From: Ranitomeya imitator
Lineage: Eukaryota
Direction: 5' to 3'
Assembly: GCF_032444005.1 (NCBI RefSeq)
Contig: NC_091288.1
Location: 204,724,001-204,788,000 of the forward strand
DNA: 64,000 nt
Under the pieces are notes generated by a model. That model worked only from the letters and a program-made list of their open reading frames with translations. It was not told the origin of the DNA and made no database searches. The position numbers and the translations under genes are program-made. Each line of letters opens with the position of its first letter. The stretch's first letter is position 1. Below, one piece after another: positions 51,099 to 63,600 of this stretch.

Positions 51099-51924
51099 AT
51101 TTGTTACCATCTTTTCAGTTAGCCATTAAAAGGTATCAACCACTGAGGACTCTCTATTCTAAATATTTTTCTATACTAGCATCACCAATTACATGTCTGT
51201 GGCCTGGACTGTTCTTGAAAAATTAAAATTATTCCATATATTGCATACCTTGGTGTGTGCAGTGAAAATTTTGTCTATTGCTCAGTGACTACCTCAAGTC
51301 AATCACTAGCACCCCAACTTCTATGTGACAGAGGACAGGACATGCTCATATTACACAACTTGTGTCACGGGAAATGCTTAGGAGTCAGTGCCATCAGGTG
51401 GAGTACATCTTACATGCGCTCTGACAGCTAAATGCGCAGCATACAGCGGAGGAGCCGTATGGTCATGTATTAGGAAGTCATGGCAATGGTGCAAATATAG
51501 GTTGGATAAGCCCAGGCATTATTCTGCTTTCTCTTATAATTTACACCTGGCTGTAACTACGAGGCAAATATCTTAAAACAAGTATGTTTGAAGCTCTGCC
51601 CAGTTCAGTATATCAATTAGGTTACATACTAATCCCGAAGCCATAATAGATATCATTAAAAAAAAAAAAGACTAAACGAGGTTTGATACATGTAACTGAT
51701 GATCTATCCTCTCAGTCTATTCATAAATCCATTTTGTAGATGCACAGCCGATGTTATGCTACATAGCGCCATAATACTGTCAGCCATATATAAACTGTGT
51801 TTAAGCTGAATGGGGAATCTACGTCCCAAAACAACTGAAAAAAAAAAATGTCCAGTCTGGTGAATGAGGAGAATGTGACTGTTCTCTTATGTATTTCGTG
51901 GTGACTCCTCATCAGGACGGTTAC

Positions 51925-52012
51925 CTGTAAGAACTTCCTCTTTGCACCGCCACTCATCTCCTCGCACATCGCTTTCTCCTTTCTCCATTATGGCTTGTGG
52001 ATTATTCATCAT
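51925..52012 (-). CDS. ZNF gene B, upstream coding exon (MMNNPQAIMEKGESDVRGDEWRCKEEVLT); predicted protein 495 aa
   Basis: Exon 51925-52033 with a CCCAG acceptor and CAG|GTAACC donor, phase 1. In-frame TGA at 52028-52030; paralogous to 39711-39816. Confidence 0.65.
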
Positions 52013-53130
52013 ATTCTTGCCTGGATTTCAAAACTGGGAAAATAATAATATATAATAAAGACACAGACACAAGGAAAACTCACGTGGAATGTTCTAGATG
52101 GACACTTTACTACAAGCTTTTGTGACCTCTGAGCCACCAACCGATGCTGACATCACCACCTCCTATACACCAGTGCAGCCCTCAGTCAGTATAGTGGTGC
52201 CTAGTGACAGAAGCCGGGGTCGCTGGAGCAGGATCCAGTGATTTCCTTCATTATTTTGTCTTCACAATTTGGATTCCCTGACCTTTTTATTATTCCATCA
52301 TATCAGAATTGTTTTGGTTGGAAATTTTGTATGTTTGGGGTACATATTTTTAGTGGGGATGTATGCAATTTTTTTTTTTTAATGGTGTTCACCTGAGATA
52401 TAAATGTGATGTTAGTTAGAGGAATCATCTGTCCCTTTTTTGTATTTCCATGCAGCTCAATATGGTCTAAACCAGGGTTTCCTAAACTCCCGTCCTCACG
52501 GCCCTCAAGTCCTGTTTTCAGGATTTCCATAGTGTTGCACAGGTGAGAAAATTCCTGATGCCTTGATGATACTTCCACTACCTGTGCAATTCTATGGAAA
52601 TCCTGAAACCATGACCCGTGCAGTAGCAGCTCTTGGAGATCACCTATAGCTGCCATTGTGCAGGTGGCGCCATCTTGGAGGAGGAAACTTTTTTTTCTTC
52701 TCTAGCAAAGATGGTACCGCCAGCACCTGCGCAACAGCAGTTTATTGGATCTCTATACAAACCGATAGCTTCTACTGACCAGGCGTGGCGGGCGCCATTT
52801 TCAAATTGACTTTTTTTTCCCTCTCTATGAGAAAGCATGCGTTCGCAAGCACACACGTTTGTTTGTGTTTGAGAATGCATGTTTTTCCACAGTAAATCTG
52901 TCTAGACACTAATTAGCCACCCCCCACACACAGACAGATAAAAAGAGGGAGTGGGCATTGGCAGTCCAAAACTCTGCAGACTGTGAACAAGAAAAGAAGA
53001 AGCTCTGAACCTGTGAAGAATCTCCACTTTAGACAATGTGAGTATAAAAGCCAGTGTCTGTCTTTTCTTTTTTCTCTCTCTATATTTACTAATAATTTCT
53101 GTCTCTTTTTTTCTTGCAGCATTCATCAGA

Positions 53131-54640
53131 ATGTCTTCTTCAGAGAAGCGCCCTCGCCCTGAACATGGTGGAAAGGAAAGTGAAGTGAGTACTCACCTCT
53201 TCAGATTGGTATTCTCTGTCACATCTACACATGTGCCAATTTTTTATTTTTTTTAGAACAGTTCTTCAACTGCAGCAGAGGCCGAGCAGGATCAGCATGG
53301 ACAAGTTCAGGTGGCAAGGTGGCGTGTAAGTATACCTGACTGATTGTACTCTGTTTATTGTATCCTGACTGTACTATTCTTGCCTGTTCATTTCTTCACT
53401 TTGTTTATTTCTTTACCTTTTTGGTCTTGACTACTGTTTTTTTTTCTGACTTTAATTATTCTTGCCTGTTTTCTGTCTCTGTTGTTTTCTTTCTTTTCCT
53501 TTTTTTCACTCTCTCCAACATTAATGTCTTTCTTTCTTTTCTAGGTTCCAGAACAGGATGAAGACCTCATTGACAATGACCTCCTAATCTCCCTGGTCCA
53601 TGAGTGAATCCCGTTGTGGGACAACCGAGTTCCGCAGCACTCGGACGTGACGATCCGGCGACTATGGAATGAGGTGGCCCAATCGATGATGGATGGGATA
53701 ATGCCCCGGATCGGGTCCGCAAGGCTTTTCGTAAGTATTGCAGTGCGGTGTGATGCAGCATGACCTTGGCTGGGATCACACAACTGTGTGTGATGAGAGA
53801 AAAGCGTTTCTCTCATCACACACAGTTTTGTGATCCCGGCCAAAAGTGCATTGTCTAACAATTTTTTTTTTTTTTTACAGTGCTCAAAGTCAGAACACAT
53901 TGTCTTTCGATGAAGGATCGCTTCAACAAGGACCTTCGTCAGGAGAGCCGGGTTCCCAGTGGTTCTGGAGCAAGGATCAGAAAATACAAATATCACCGCA
54001 ACTTTGCATTTTTGAGACCGATCCTTGCCCAGAGAACATAAGTATTTTTGTGGTATATTGGATTGTATCGTATTGCCTAATTTGTATTTTTCTATTCCAC
54101 AGGAGTTGGCGCTTTTACTATTGTAAATATTTGGTACTAATGTTTTTCTTTTCTTTTCACAGCACGTGGAGCAGCACCCTTGAGCCTGGTTCTGGAGCGG
54201 TCCTTCATCGGACAGCCACAGACCCGTCCCAGCCATCCACCAGCGAAGCAGCAAGTGGACCGGCAACACAGACTGGAGACCAGGAAGCTGGTTCATCAGG
54301 CGTTCCCCTGTCCCAGGCCTCTGCCATTTCTTTTTTGGCGTATCCCCGCCAGCGGCAGAGGGCCTCTGATAGGACATTCATACCTGAGTTTTTGCACTTG
54401 AGCTCGATCTTTCATGATGGACTCAAGGAGATGAGAGACAGACTGGATAGTGGCTTCAACCTTATGAAGACACTTATCCAAGATGTCACCCGAAGCCTTG
54501 ACCAAGTGAAAGCTGACCTCCAGAGGCCAGCACATCATTTTTTCAATCAAATTGAACAGGGCATGTCAGAAAACCTTACTCCTGATCTCCAGCTGAATGA
54601 CATTCAGGCCAGCAATGCTGCTTTCATGCAGGCTATGTAG
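53131..54640 (+). pseudogene. Spliced Harbinger-type MADF/Myb-SANT gene, inactivated
   Basis: Exons 53131-53184, ~53257-53325, 53545-53730, 53881-54037 and 54163-54640. MADF motifs LISLVHE*IPLWD, RRLWNEVA and SMKDRFNKDLR. In-frame TGA at 53605-53607, an indel in exon 3 and a mutated donor ATAAGT at 54038. Confidence 0.8.
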
Positions 54641-55885
54641 CAGACTTGGTATTTTCAGCAGTCAGTGGTGGCATTTCCACCTGTGCCAACACTGGCACGC
54701 TTGACCTCAATGCTGAGGACACCCGCCAAACACCGGATGCCCCTGACAGAGCGAGATACCGGAAGTGAAGAGACGATCTGAGGATGAGCGCACTGTGACC
54801 TGGAAGAGGAGCGGCGGGGACACGCAGCGGCAGGAGGATGGGACATTGCACCAGCGAACGCTGCTGGAGAGAACAATTGTGATATTATCCTTTGAGTATC
54901 GCATCTGGTAAGAAGTCCTGAATAAATAAATGTACAAGGAACAGTTGTATTTTTGGGGTACAGGCAAATTTTTTTTTTTAGTGGAGTCAGAAGCAATTTC
55001 ACAATTTGTTTTCTTTTTTTACGGTGCTCACTTGTGATATAAATGTGATGTTAGAGGAATTATCTGGCGCTTTTTTATATTTACATGCATTTTAGTATGG
55101 TCTCCAGATATTCCGCTCTTATACGTCAGGTCATTGTCACGATCACCCTCCTTGAAGTTGGTGTGACGTGAGGATGTGACAGGGGGTGACCACGACCAGA
55201 ACGCACATTCTGTCTAATAGGATTACAACACTAATGTATAATTCAATCTAACAACCACCGAGCCTTCAGTGACCCCATCACTTCGCCACACAACAAGGCA
55301 TAGCACATGGATTTGTTTCGGAACAGAAGACAGAATTTATTACATGGAGTCTAATCAGTCCCAATGCTTAATAAATACCAAAAGTAGATGACAAATGACA
55401 TTCAGTAAAAAGTTACAAACAAACCAGAAACCTAACACTCACATTTTGTGTATAGTGTCCAGAGTAAATCTCTATTCATCCCTTATCTACAAATGGATAT
55501 TAATTAGTCCTGGCCTTTATTATAAAAGGGACATTGGCCAGAGATCCACTAGCAATGTTATATTATTACATCCCTGCCTCCAGTATTGCGATCGGGACTC
55601 TAGTGGGCGACAAATGTATAAAACGTAATAACTACTCATATACAGCAGTGTCCCAATATATGGTCAGAATTTGGGTGTATGTTAATTATTTCTACATTTA
55701 AAATCTTATAAACCTAAATAAATGTTAATTTTTATTCGCGTCACTTTTAACTCTTTACTAATCTAATTCTGCTTTGCTTGAAAACTGCTGTTGACATAAT
55801 TCTGCGTCGTGCGGTAAAAAAAAAATCAGTAATGTAATAGATGTGATATCACAGAGCACAATCCCACCGACATTCCGAGATTTAC

Positions 55886-55972
55886 CTCATGTCGCTCCTT
55901 ACTTTCTTCTCCCTCTTTCCTTCTTCCTGGTTGACTCTGGCTCCGCCCCTCCCTGTACTGTAGCCCCGCCCC
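55886..55972 (-). promoter_or_regulatory. Candidate promoter and non-coding exon 1 of ZNF gene B
   Basis: Same two GC boxes and GAG|GTAAAT donor as 42379-42465. Confidence 0.5.
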
Positions 55973-56892
55973 TACCATGTGACCCCACAGGCTGAGCTGT
56001 GAGGCTGTAGAGGGGAGGGAGCAGCTGTGAGGCGTCCTGTCTCCTCTGCTGACTGCAGGCTGTGGTGACTCCTGCTACACTGCACCAAATACTCAGCAGT
56101 GAAGGACACTCACTTCAGGAGACTCTCCGATCTCTTCCCGGATTTCAGCTCCATGAAGGACGAAGAGAAAACATATATCCTGCTGGGAGAAGAAGAGAGC
56201 GCAGCTGCTACTCTGTAATCCTAAACTTCATCCTTTCCTATCCTGCTGCAGACACCCTGAATAGGAGGAGAGGAGACATCACACACATGTGACCAGACCC
56301 ACATTTATTGCATATGTAACATGACCTTGCATTATACTAGGTTTGCATGGCAAATTTCAGTAACTGCTCCCTCCAGTGTTTAAAATTGGAAATACCAAAC
56401 ATTTTGAAATTATTTTGTATTTTACTCAATTAACCCCTTTACCCCCCCAAGGGTGGTTTGCACGTTAATGACCGGGCCAATTTTTACAATTCTTACCACT
56501 GTCCCTTTATGAGGTTATAACTCTGGAACACTTCCAACAGATCTGATATTGTTTTCTCGTGACATATTGTACTTCATGTTAGTGGTAAAATTTCCTCGAT
56601 ATTACTTGAGTTTGTGGGGAAAAAAATGGAAATTTGGCAAAAAATGTTGAAAATTTCGCAATTTTCCAACTTTGAATTTTCATGCCCATAAATCACAGAG
56701 ATATGCCAGGCAAAATACTTAATAAATAACATTTCCCCGCATGTTTTCTTTACATCAGCACAATTTTGGAACCCACATTTTTTTTTTTGTTAGGAAGTTA
56801 TAAGGGTTAAAATTTGGCCAGCAATTTCTCATTTTTACAACACATTTTTTTTTAGGGACCACATCACATTTGAAGTCACTTTGAGGGGTCTA

Positions 56893-57180
56893 ATACTTCT
56901 GAGGTGTAAGAAGGAAAAATATAGGAAATCGTTTGTGCCAACTGCCATGGGAATGTACAACAATAACATTAGGGTTAAACCACCAAGGTGAATGTCTACT
57001 TATTTCTCTACATTTCAGTTCACTCGTTGTGTATGTCCTATTCTAATGTATAATGTTCTTCTGTCAACTCCACTGTCATGTCAACTATGTAATTCTTTTA
57101 TGATTTTTATGATTTAAGTTGTGCTGCTGTGATACTATAATTTCCCACGGGATCAATAAAGTGTATCGTATTGTATCGTG
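56893..57180 (+). mobile_element. Rex1/Babar LINE 3' fragment, absent from the paralogous site
   Basis: CKKEKYRKSFVPTAMGMYN C-terminus, AATAAA and a (GTATC/GTATT)n tail. Empty site GGTCTATATGATAG near 43388-43401. Confidence 0.75.
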
Positions 57181-57370
57181 TATGATAGAAAATGCCCAAA
57201 AGTGACACCATTCTAAAAACTGCACCCTTCAAGGTGCTCAAAACCACATTCAAGAAGTTTATTAACACTTCAGGCGCTTCACAGGAATTTTTGGAATGTT
57301 TAAAAAAAAATGAACATTTAACTTTTTTTTCACAAAAAAATTACTTCAGATCCAATTTGTTTTATTTTAA

Positions 57371-58400
57371 CAAGGGTAACAGGAGAAATTGTACCCCAAA
57401 AGTTGTTGTACAATTTGTCCTGAGTACGCATATACCCAATAAGTGGGGGTGAACCACTGTTTGGGCGAATGGCAGAGCTCGAAAGGGAAGGAGCGGCGTT
57501 TGACTCTTCAACGCAGAATTGTCTGGAATTGAGATAGGACACCATGTCGTGTTTGGAGAGCCCCTAATATGCCTAAACAGTGGAATCCCCCCACAAGTGA
57601 CACCATTTTGGAAAGTACACCCCCCCATAAGTGACCCCATATTGGAAACTAGGCCCCCCAAGGAACTTATCTAGATGTGTTGTAAGAATGTTGAACCCCC
57701 AAGAGTTTCACTACAGTTTGTAACGCAGAGCCGTGAAAATAAAAAATCTTTTTTTTTTCCACAAAAATTATTTTTAGCCTCCAGTTTTGTATTTTCCCAA
57801 GGGTAACAGGAGAAATTGGACCTGAAAAAGTTGTTGTCCAATTTATCCTGAGTATGCTGATACCCCATATGTGGGGGGGAACTACCGTTTGGGCGCATGG
57901 CAGAGCTCGGAAGGGAAGGAGCACCGTTTAGAATGCAGATGGAATGGTCTGCGGGCATCACATTGCGTTTGCAGAGTCCGTGATGTACCTAAACAGTAGA
58001 AACCCCCATAAGTGATAAGTATTAGAAACTAGACCCCCCAAGGAACTTATGTAGATGTGTCATGAGAACTTTGAACCCCCAAGTGTTTCACTACAGTTTA
58101 TAACGCCAAGCCGTGAAAATAAATAATCTTTTTATTTCCACAAAAATGAATTTTAGCTCCCAGCTTTCTATTTTCCCAAGGGTAAAAGGAGAAATTGGAC
58201 TGCAAAAGTTGTTGTTCAATTTTCCTGAGTACGCTAATAACCCATATGTGGGGGTAAACCACTGTTTGGGCGCATGGCAGAGCTTGGAAAGGAAGGAGCA
58301 CTGTTTTACTTTTTCAACGCAGAATTGGCTGGAATTGAGATCGGACGTAATGTTGCGTTTGGAGAGCCCCTGATGTGTCTAAACAATGGAAATCCCCCAA
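57371..58400. repeat. Three ~380-430-bp tandem units inside the piggyBac-like element
   Basis: CAAGGGTAA(C/A)AGGAGAAATTG...AAAAGTTGTTGT..AATTT..CCTGAGTA recurs near 57371, 57798 and 58177. Confidence 0.85.
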
Positions 58401-58805
58401 TTCTAACTCCAACCCTAACCCGAACACACCCCTAACCCTAATCCCAACCCTAACCATAACCCTTACCACAACACTAACGCGAACACGCCCTAACCTGGAC
58501 ACACCTCTAAACCTAATCCAAACCATAACCCTAACCACACCTCTAACCCCAACACACCTCTAACCTCAGCACACCTATAGCCCCAACACACAAATAAACC
58601 ATAATCCCAACCCTAACCACACCCCTAACCCTGACACACCCCCAGCCCTTATCCAAACCATTATCCCAATCGTAAACATAATCAAAAACCCTAACCCCAT
58701 CTCTAGCCCCAACCCTAACCTTTGCCCCAACCATAACTTTAGCTCCAACCCTAACCCTAACTTTAGCCCCGACCCTAACCCCTAACTTTAGCCACAACCC
58801 TAACA
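58400..58805 (+). repeat. Degenerate telomere-like (CCCTAA)n tract
   Basis: AACCCTAACCC/ACCCCTAACC units over about 400 bp. Confidence 0.85.
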
Positions 58806-59766
58806 GGAAAATGAAAATATTTTTTTTTAATTTTATTATATTTCCCTATACAAGGAGGTGATGAAGGGGGGTTTGATTTACTATTTATAGCGGATTTTTT
58901 AGCGGGTTTTTGTTTTGCAGCCGTCACACACTAAAAGACGCTTTTTATTGCAAAAAATAGTTTTGCATCACCAAATTTTAAGAGTTGTAATTATTCCATA
59001 TTTTGGTCCACAGAGTCATGTGAGGTCTTGTTTTTTGCAGGACGAGTTGATGTTTTTATTGGTGCCATTTTCGGGCACATGACATTTTTTGACCGCTTTT
59101 TATTCCGATTTTTGGGAGGCAGAATGCACAAAAACCAGCAATTCATGAATTTTTTTGGGGGGTGGGGCGTTTATACCGTTCCGCTTGTGGTAAAATTTAT
59201 AAAGCAGTTTTATTCTTTGGGTTAGTACGATTACAGCGATATCTCATTTATATCATTTTTCCATGTGTTGGCGCTTTTGTACAATAAAAACTATTTTATA
59301 TAAAAAATAATTGTTTTTGCATCGCTTTATTCTGAGGGCTATAACTTTTTTAATTTTTTGCTGATGATGCTATATGGTGGCTTGTTTTTTGCAAGACAAG
59401 ATGACGTTTTCAGCGGTACCATGTTTATTTATATCCGTCTTTTTGATCGCGTGGTATTCGACTTTTTGTTTGGCGGTATGATCATAAAGCATTGTTTTTT
59501 GCATGGTTTTTAATTATTTTTTTACGGTGTTCACTGAAGGGGTTAACTAGCAGAACAGTTTTATAGAACGGGTCGTTACAGACACGGCGACACTAAATAT
59601 GTGTACTTTTGTTTTTTTACTCAAAGAAATTTATTTATTGGAACAATATTTATTTATTTTCTTTATTTAGGAATTTTAAAAAAATATTTTTACATATTTT
59701 TTTTTAACATTTTTACTTTCTCCCAGGGTGGGACATCACTATATATTGTCAGATCGCTGATCTGAC

Positions 59767-60500
59767 TGTTGTGAGTTCTGTTTTTGGGCTCCCTCTGGTG
59801 GTTACTGATGGTACTGGGTGATTTGTGTTCTGCTGTCTCTGGTGTCCACCTGTTCTATTAGGATTTGGGAGTTTCCTATTTAACCGGACTTTCTTGTCAT
59901 TTCCCCGCCGGCTATCAAGGTTATCAGAGTGTTTTGTTACCTCAGCTTCTGGCTTCAGTAATCTTCAGGACAAGCTAAGTTTTTGATTTTCTTGTTCCAC
60001 GTTTTGCTTTATTTTTGTCTTGTCCAGCTTGCATATAATTGTTTCTTTGCTGCTGGTTGCTCTAGCGGGCTGTAATTGCTCCTCATGTTCCATGAGTTGG
60101 AACATGAGTTCAAGTAATTACAGGATGGTTTTTTGAAGGGTTTTTTGCTGACCGCACAGTTTACTTTTGTATCCTCTGCTATCTAGTTTTAGCGGGCCTC
60201 ATTTTGCTGAATCTGTTTTCATACTGTGTATGTGCCTTCCTCTCATTTCACCGTCATTATATGTGGGGGGCTGCTATTTCTGTGGGGTATTTCTCTGGAG
60301 GCAAGAGAGGTCTGTGTTTCTTCTAATAGGGGAAGTTAGATCTTCGGCTGGTGCGAGACGTCTAGGATCAACGTAGGCACGTTCCCCGGCTATTGTTATT
60401 TGTGTGTTCAGGTTTAGGGTCGCGGTCAGCTCAGGTTCCATCACCCTAGAGCTCGTTGGTGCTTGTCCTTTTGTGATTCCCTGCCATTGGAATCATGACA
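59767..60500 (+). repeat. 5' LTR (734 bp)
   Basis: TGTTG...TGACA ends; TATTTAA TATA-like box at 59877. The second LTR is outside the window, so the boundaries are unconfirmed. Confidence 0.7.
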
Positions 60501-60502
60501 GT

Positions 60503-60511
60503 ATAGCCGGC
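60503..60511 (+). promoter_or_regulatory. Primer-binding-site position complementary to the LTR (candidate self-priming site)
   Basis: ATAGCCGGC is the exact reverse complement of GCCGGCTAT at 59907-59915. It does not begin with the TGG expected of a tRNA PBS. Confidence 0.55.
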
Positions 60512-60671
60512 CCAAAATGTTTGGGCTGAAGTAGGAGGAAAAGTAGTCTGAGGAAGTTTTTTTTTCTTCTCCTCTGAGGTTGCTGCCTAGCCCTAATTGC
60601 AGCCTGGCTGATTTTTTTTTTTTTTTTTCCTCCTCTTAATCCTTGAATGGCTCTGACCTTAGCTGTTTATC

Positions 60672-63600
60672 ATGGACGTCCAGAGTTTAGCTTCCAGCTT
60701 GAATAATCTTGCTGCTAAGGTTCAAAATATACAAGATTTTGTTGTACATGCTCCTATGTCTGAACCTAGAATTCCTATTCCAGAGTTCTTTGCTGGAGAT
60801 AGATCTAGTTTTCTGAATTTTAGGAAAAATTGCAAGCTGTTCCTTTCTTTGAAATCTCGCTCTTTTGGAGACCCTGCTCAGCAGGTTAAAATTATTATAT
60901 CTTTCCGGCGGGGTGACCGTCAAAATTGGGCATTTGCATTGGCACCAGGGGATCCTGCGTTGCTTAATGTGGATGCGTTTTTTCTGGCATTGGGTTTGCT
61001 CTATGAGGAACCTAACCAAGAGATTCAGGCTGAAAAAGCTTTATTAGCTCTCTCTCAGGGGCAAGATGAAGCAGAAATATATTGTCAAAAATTTTGGAAA
61101 TGGTCAGTGCTTACTCAGTGGAATGAGTGCGCCCTGGCTGCAAAGTTCAGAGATGGCCTTTCTGAGGCCATTAAAGATGTTATGGTGGGGTTCTCTGCGC
61201 CTACGGGTCTGAATGAGTCTATGACTATGGCTATTCAGATTGATCGGCGTTTACGGGAGCGCAAACCTGTGCACCATTTGGCGGTGTCTTCTGAACAGGC
61301 ACTTGGGACAATGCAATGTGATAGAGTTCAGTCTAGAAGTGAACGGCAAAACTATAGGCGGAAAAATGGGTTGTGCTTTTATTGTGGTGATTCAGCTCAT
61401 GTTATATCAGCATGCTCTAAACGCACAAAAAAGGTTGATAAGTCTGTTGCCATTAGTACGTTACAGTCTAAGTTCATTCTGTCTGTGACTCTGATTTGTT
61501 CATTATCATCCATTTCCGTCGATGCCTATGTGGATTCAGGCGCTGCCCTGAGTCTTATGGATTGGTCATTTGCCAATCGCTGTGGGTTTAGTCTGGAGCC
61601 TCTGGAAGTCCCTATTCCTTTGAAGGGAATTGACTCTACACCTTTGGCTATGAATAAACCTCAGTACTGGACACAAGTGACCATGTGTATGACTCCCGTT
61701 CATCAGGAGGTGATTCGCTTCCTGGTATTGTATAATTTACATGATGTTCTAGTACTTGGTCTGCCATGGTTACAAACTCATAATCCAGTCCTTGACTGGA
61801 AAACAATGTCTGTGTTAAGCTGGGGATGTCAGGGGGTTCATGATGATGCACCTCCGATTTCTATCGCTTCATCTACTCTTTCTGAGGTTCCTGTATTTTT
61901 GTCAGATTATCGGGATGTTTTTGAGGAGCCGAAGCTCAGTTCGCTTCCTCCTCACAGGGATTGCGATTGTGCTATAGATTTAATTCCTGGTAGTAAATTT
62001 CCTAAAGGTCGTTTGTTCAATCTGTCAGTGCCAGAGCATACTGCTATGCGGGATTATGTTAAGGAGTCCTTGGAAAAGGGACATATCCGTCCATCTTCGT
62101 CCCCTTTGGGAGCAGGTTTTTTTTTCGTAGCCAAGAAAGATGGGTCCTTGAGACCTTGTATAGATTATCGTCTTTTGAATAAGATTACCGTAAAATATCA
62201 GTATCCTTTGCCTTTGTTGACTGATTTGTTTGCTCGCATTAAGGGGGCTAAATGGTTCACTAAGATTGATCTCCGGGGTGCGTATAATCTTATACAAATA
62301 AAGCAAGGTGATGAGTGGAAAACCGCATTTAATACGCCTGAGGGCCATTTTGAGTATTTGGTAATGCCTTTCGGACTTTCTAATGCTCCTTCAGTCTTCC
62401 AGTCCTTTATGCACGATATTTTCCATGAATATCTGGATAAATTTATGATTGTGTATTTGGATGATATTTTGTTTTTTTCTGATGACTGGGAGTCTCATGT
62501 TCAGCAGGTCAGGAAGGTGTTTCAGGTCCTGCGGGCTAATTCCTTGTTTGTAAAGGGCTCAAAGTGTCTCTTTCGAGTCCAGAAGATTTCTTTCTTGGGG
62601 TATATTTTTTCCCCTTCTACTATTGAGATGGATCCCGTCAAGGTTCGGGCTATTTGTGACTGGACGCAGCCTGCATCTCTTAAGAGTTTGCAGAAGTTCT
62701 TGGGCTTTGCTAATTTCTATCGTCGTTTTATAACTAATTTTTCTAGTGTTGTTAAGCCTTTGACGGATTTGACCAAGAAGGGTGCTGATGTTGCTGATTG
62801 GTCTCCTGCGGCTGTGGAGGCCTTTCAGGAACTTAAACGCCGGTTTTCTTCTGCTCCTGTGTTGCGTCAGCCTGATGTTTCGCTTCCTTTCCAAGTTGAG
62901 GTTGATGCTTCCGAGATTGGAGCGGGGGCGGTTTTGTCACAGAGAAGCTCCGATTGCTCGGTGATGAAGCCATGTGCGTTCTTTTCTAGAAAATTTTCGC
63001 CCGTTGAGCGGAATTATGATGTGGGTAATCGGGAACTTTTGGCCATGAAGTGGGCATTTGAGGAGTGGCGTCATTGGCTGGAGGGTGCTAGACATCGTGT
63101 CGTGGTCTTGACTGATCACAAAAATCTGATTTACCTTGAGTCTGCCAGGCGTCTGAATCCTAGACAGGCTCGTTGGTCACTGTTTTTCTCTCGTTTCAAT
63201 TTTGTGGTTTCATACCTGCCAGGTTCAAAGAATGTGAAGGCGGATGCTCTTTCTAGGAGTTTTGTGCCTGACTCCCCTGGAAATTCTGAGCCCACTGGTA
63301 TCCTTAGGGATGGGGTGATTTTGTCGGCAGTCTTCCCAGACTTGCGACGTGCTTTGCAGGAGTTTCAGGCGGGTAAACCTGATCGTTGTCCGCCTGAGAG
63401 ACTGTTTGTTCCGGATAGTTGGACCAGTAGAGTCATCTCCGAGGTCCATTCTTCTGCGTTGGCAGGTCATCCTGGAATATTTGGTACTAGAGACTTGGTG
63501 GCCAGGTCTTTTTGGTGGCCTTCTTTGTCGAGGGATGTGCGTTCTTTTGTGCAGTCTTGTGAGGTTTGTGCTCGGGCTAAGCCTTGCTGTTCTCGAGCCA

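Larger units (their letters stand above)
50481..51170. mobile_element. Penelope-like element with an inverted (foldback) terminal structure
   Basis: 14-bp duplication CTATACTAGCATCA at 50467-50480 and 51171-51184. Inverted arms at ~50519-50791 and ~50899-51173, each with a hammerhead-like motif. The spacer ends in ...HGFMSFYIN*, resembling a PLE ORF C-terminus. Confidence 0.8.
49945..51193 (-). mobile_element. Probable solo LTR (~560 bp without the PLE insert)
   Basis: TGTAAC...TTACA ends and a minus-strand AATAAA near 50026. No clear target duplication. Confidence 0.4.
54870..57314. repeat. Segmental duplicate, copy B (5' region of ZNF gene B)
   Basis: Near-identical to 40106-43526; offset 13507 bp in the promoter region. 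Confidence 0.95.
56434..59766 (+). mobile_element. Large non-autonomous TTAA-targeting (piggyBac-like) element, interrupted by Rex1 and Gypsy
   Basis: TTAA|CCCCTTTACCCCCC terminus, no ORF, internal tandem and telomere-like repeats. The right end is not in the window. Confidence 0.6.

Noticed and set aside
60501-60518. tRNA-complementary PBS
   Set aside because: It does not begin with TGG after the LTR end; complementarity to the LTR is the better fit.
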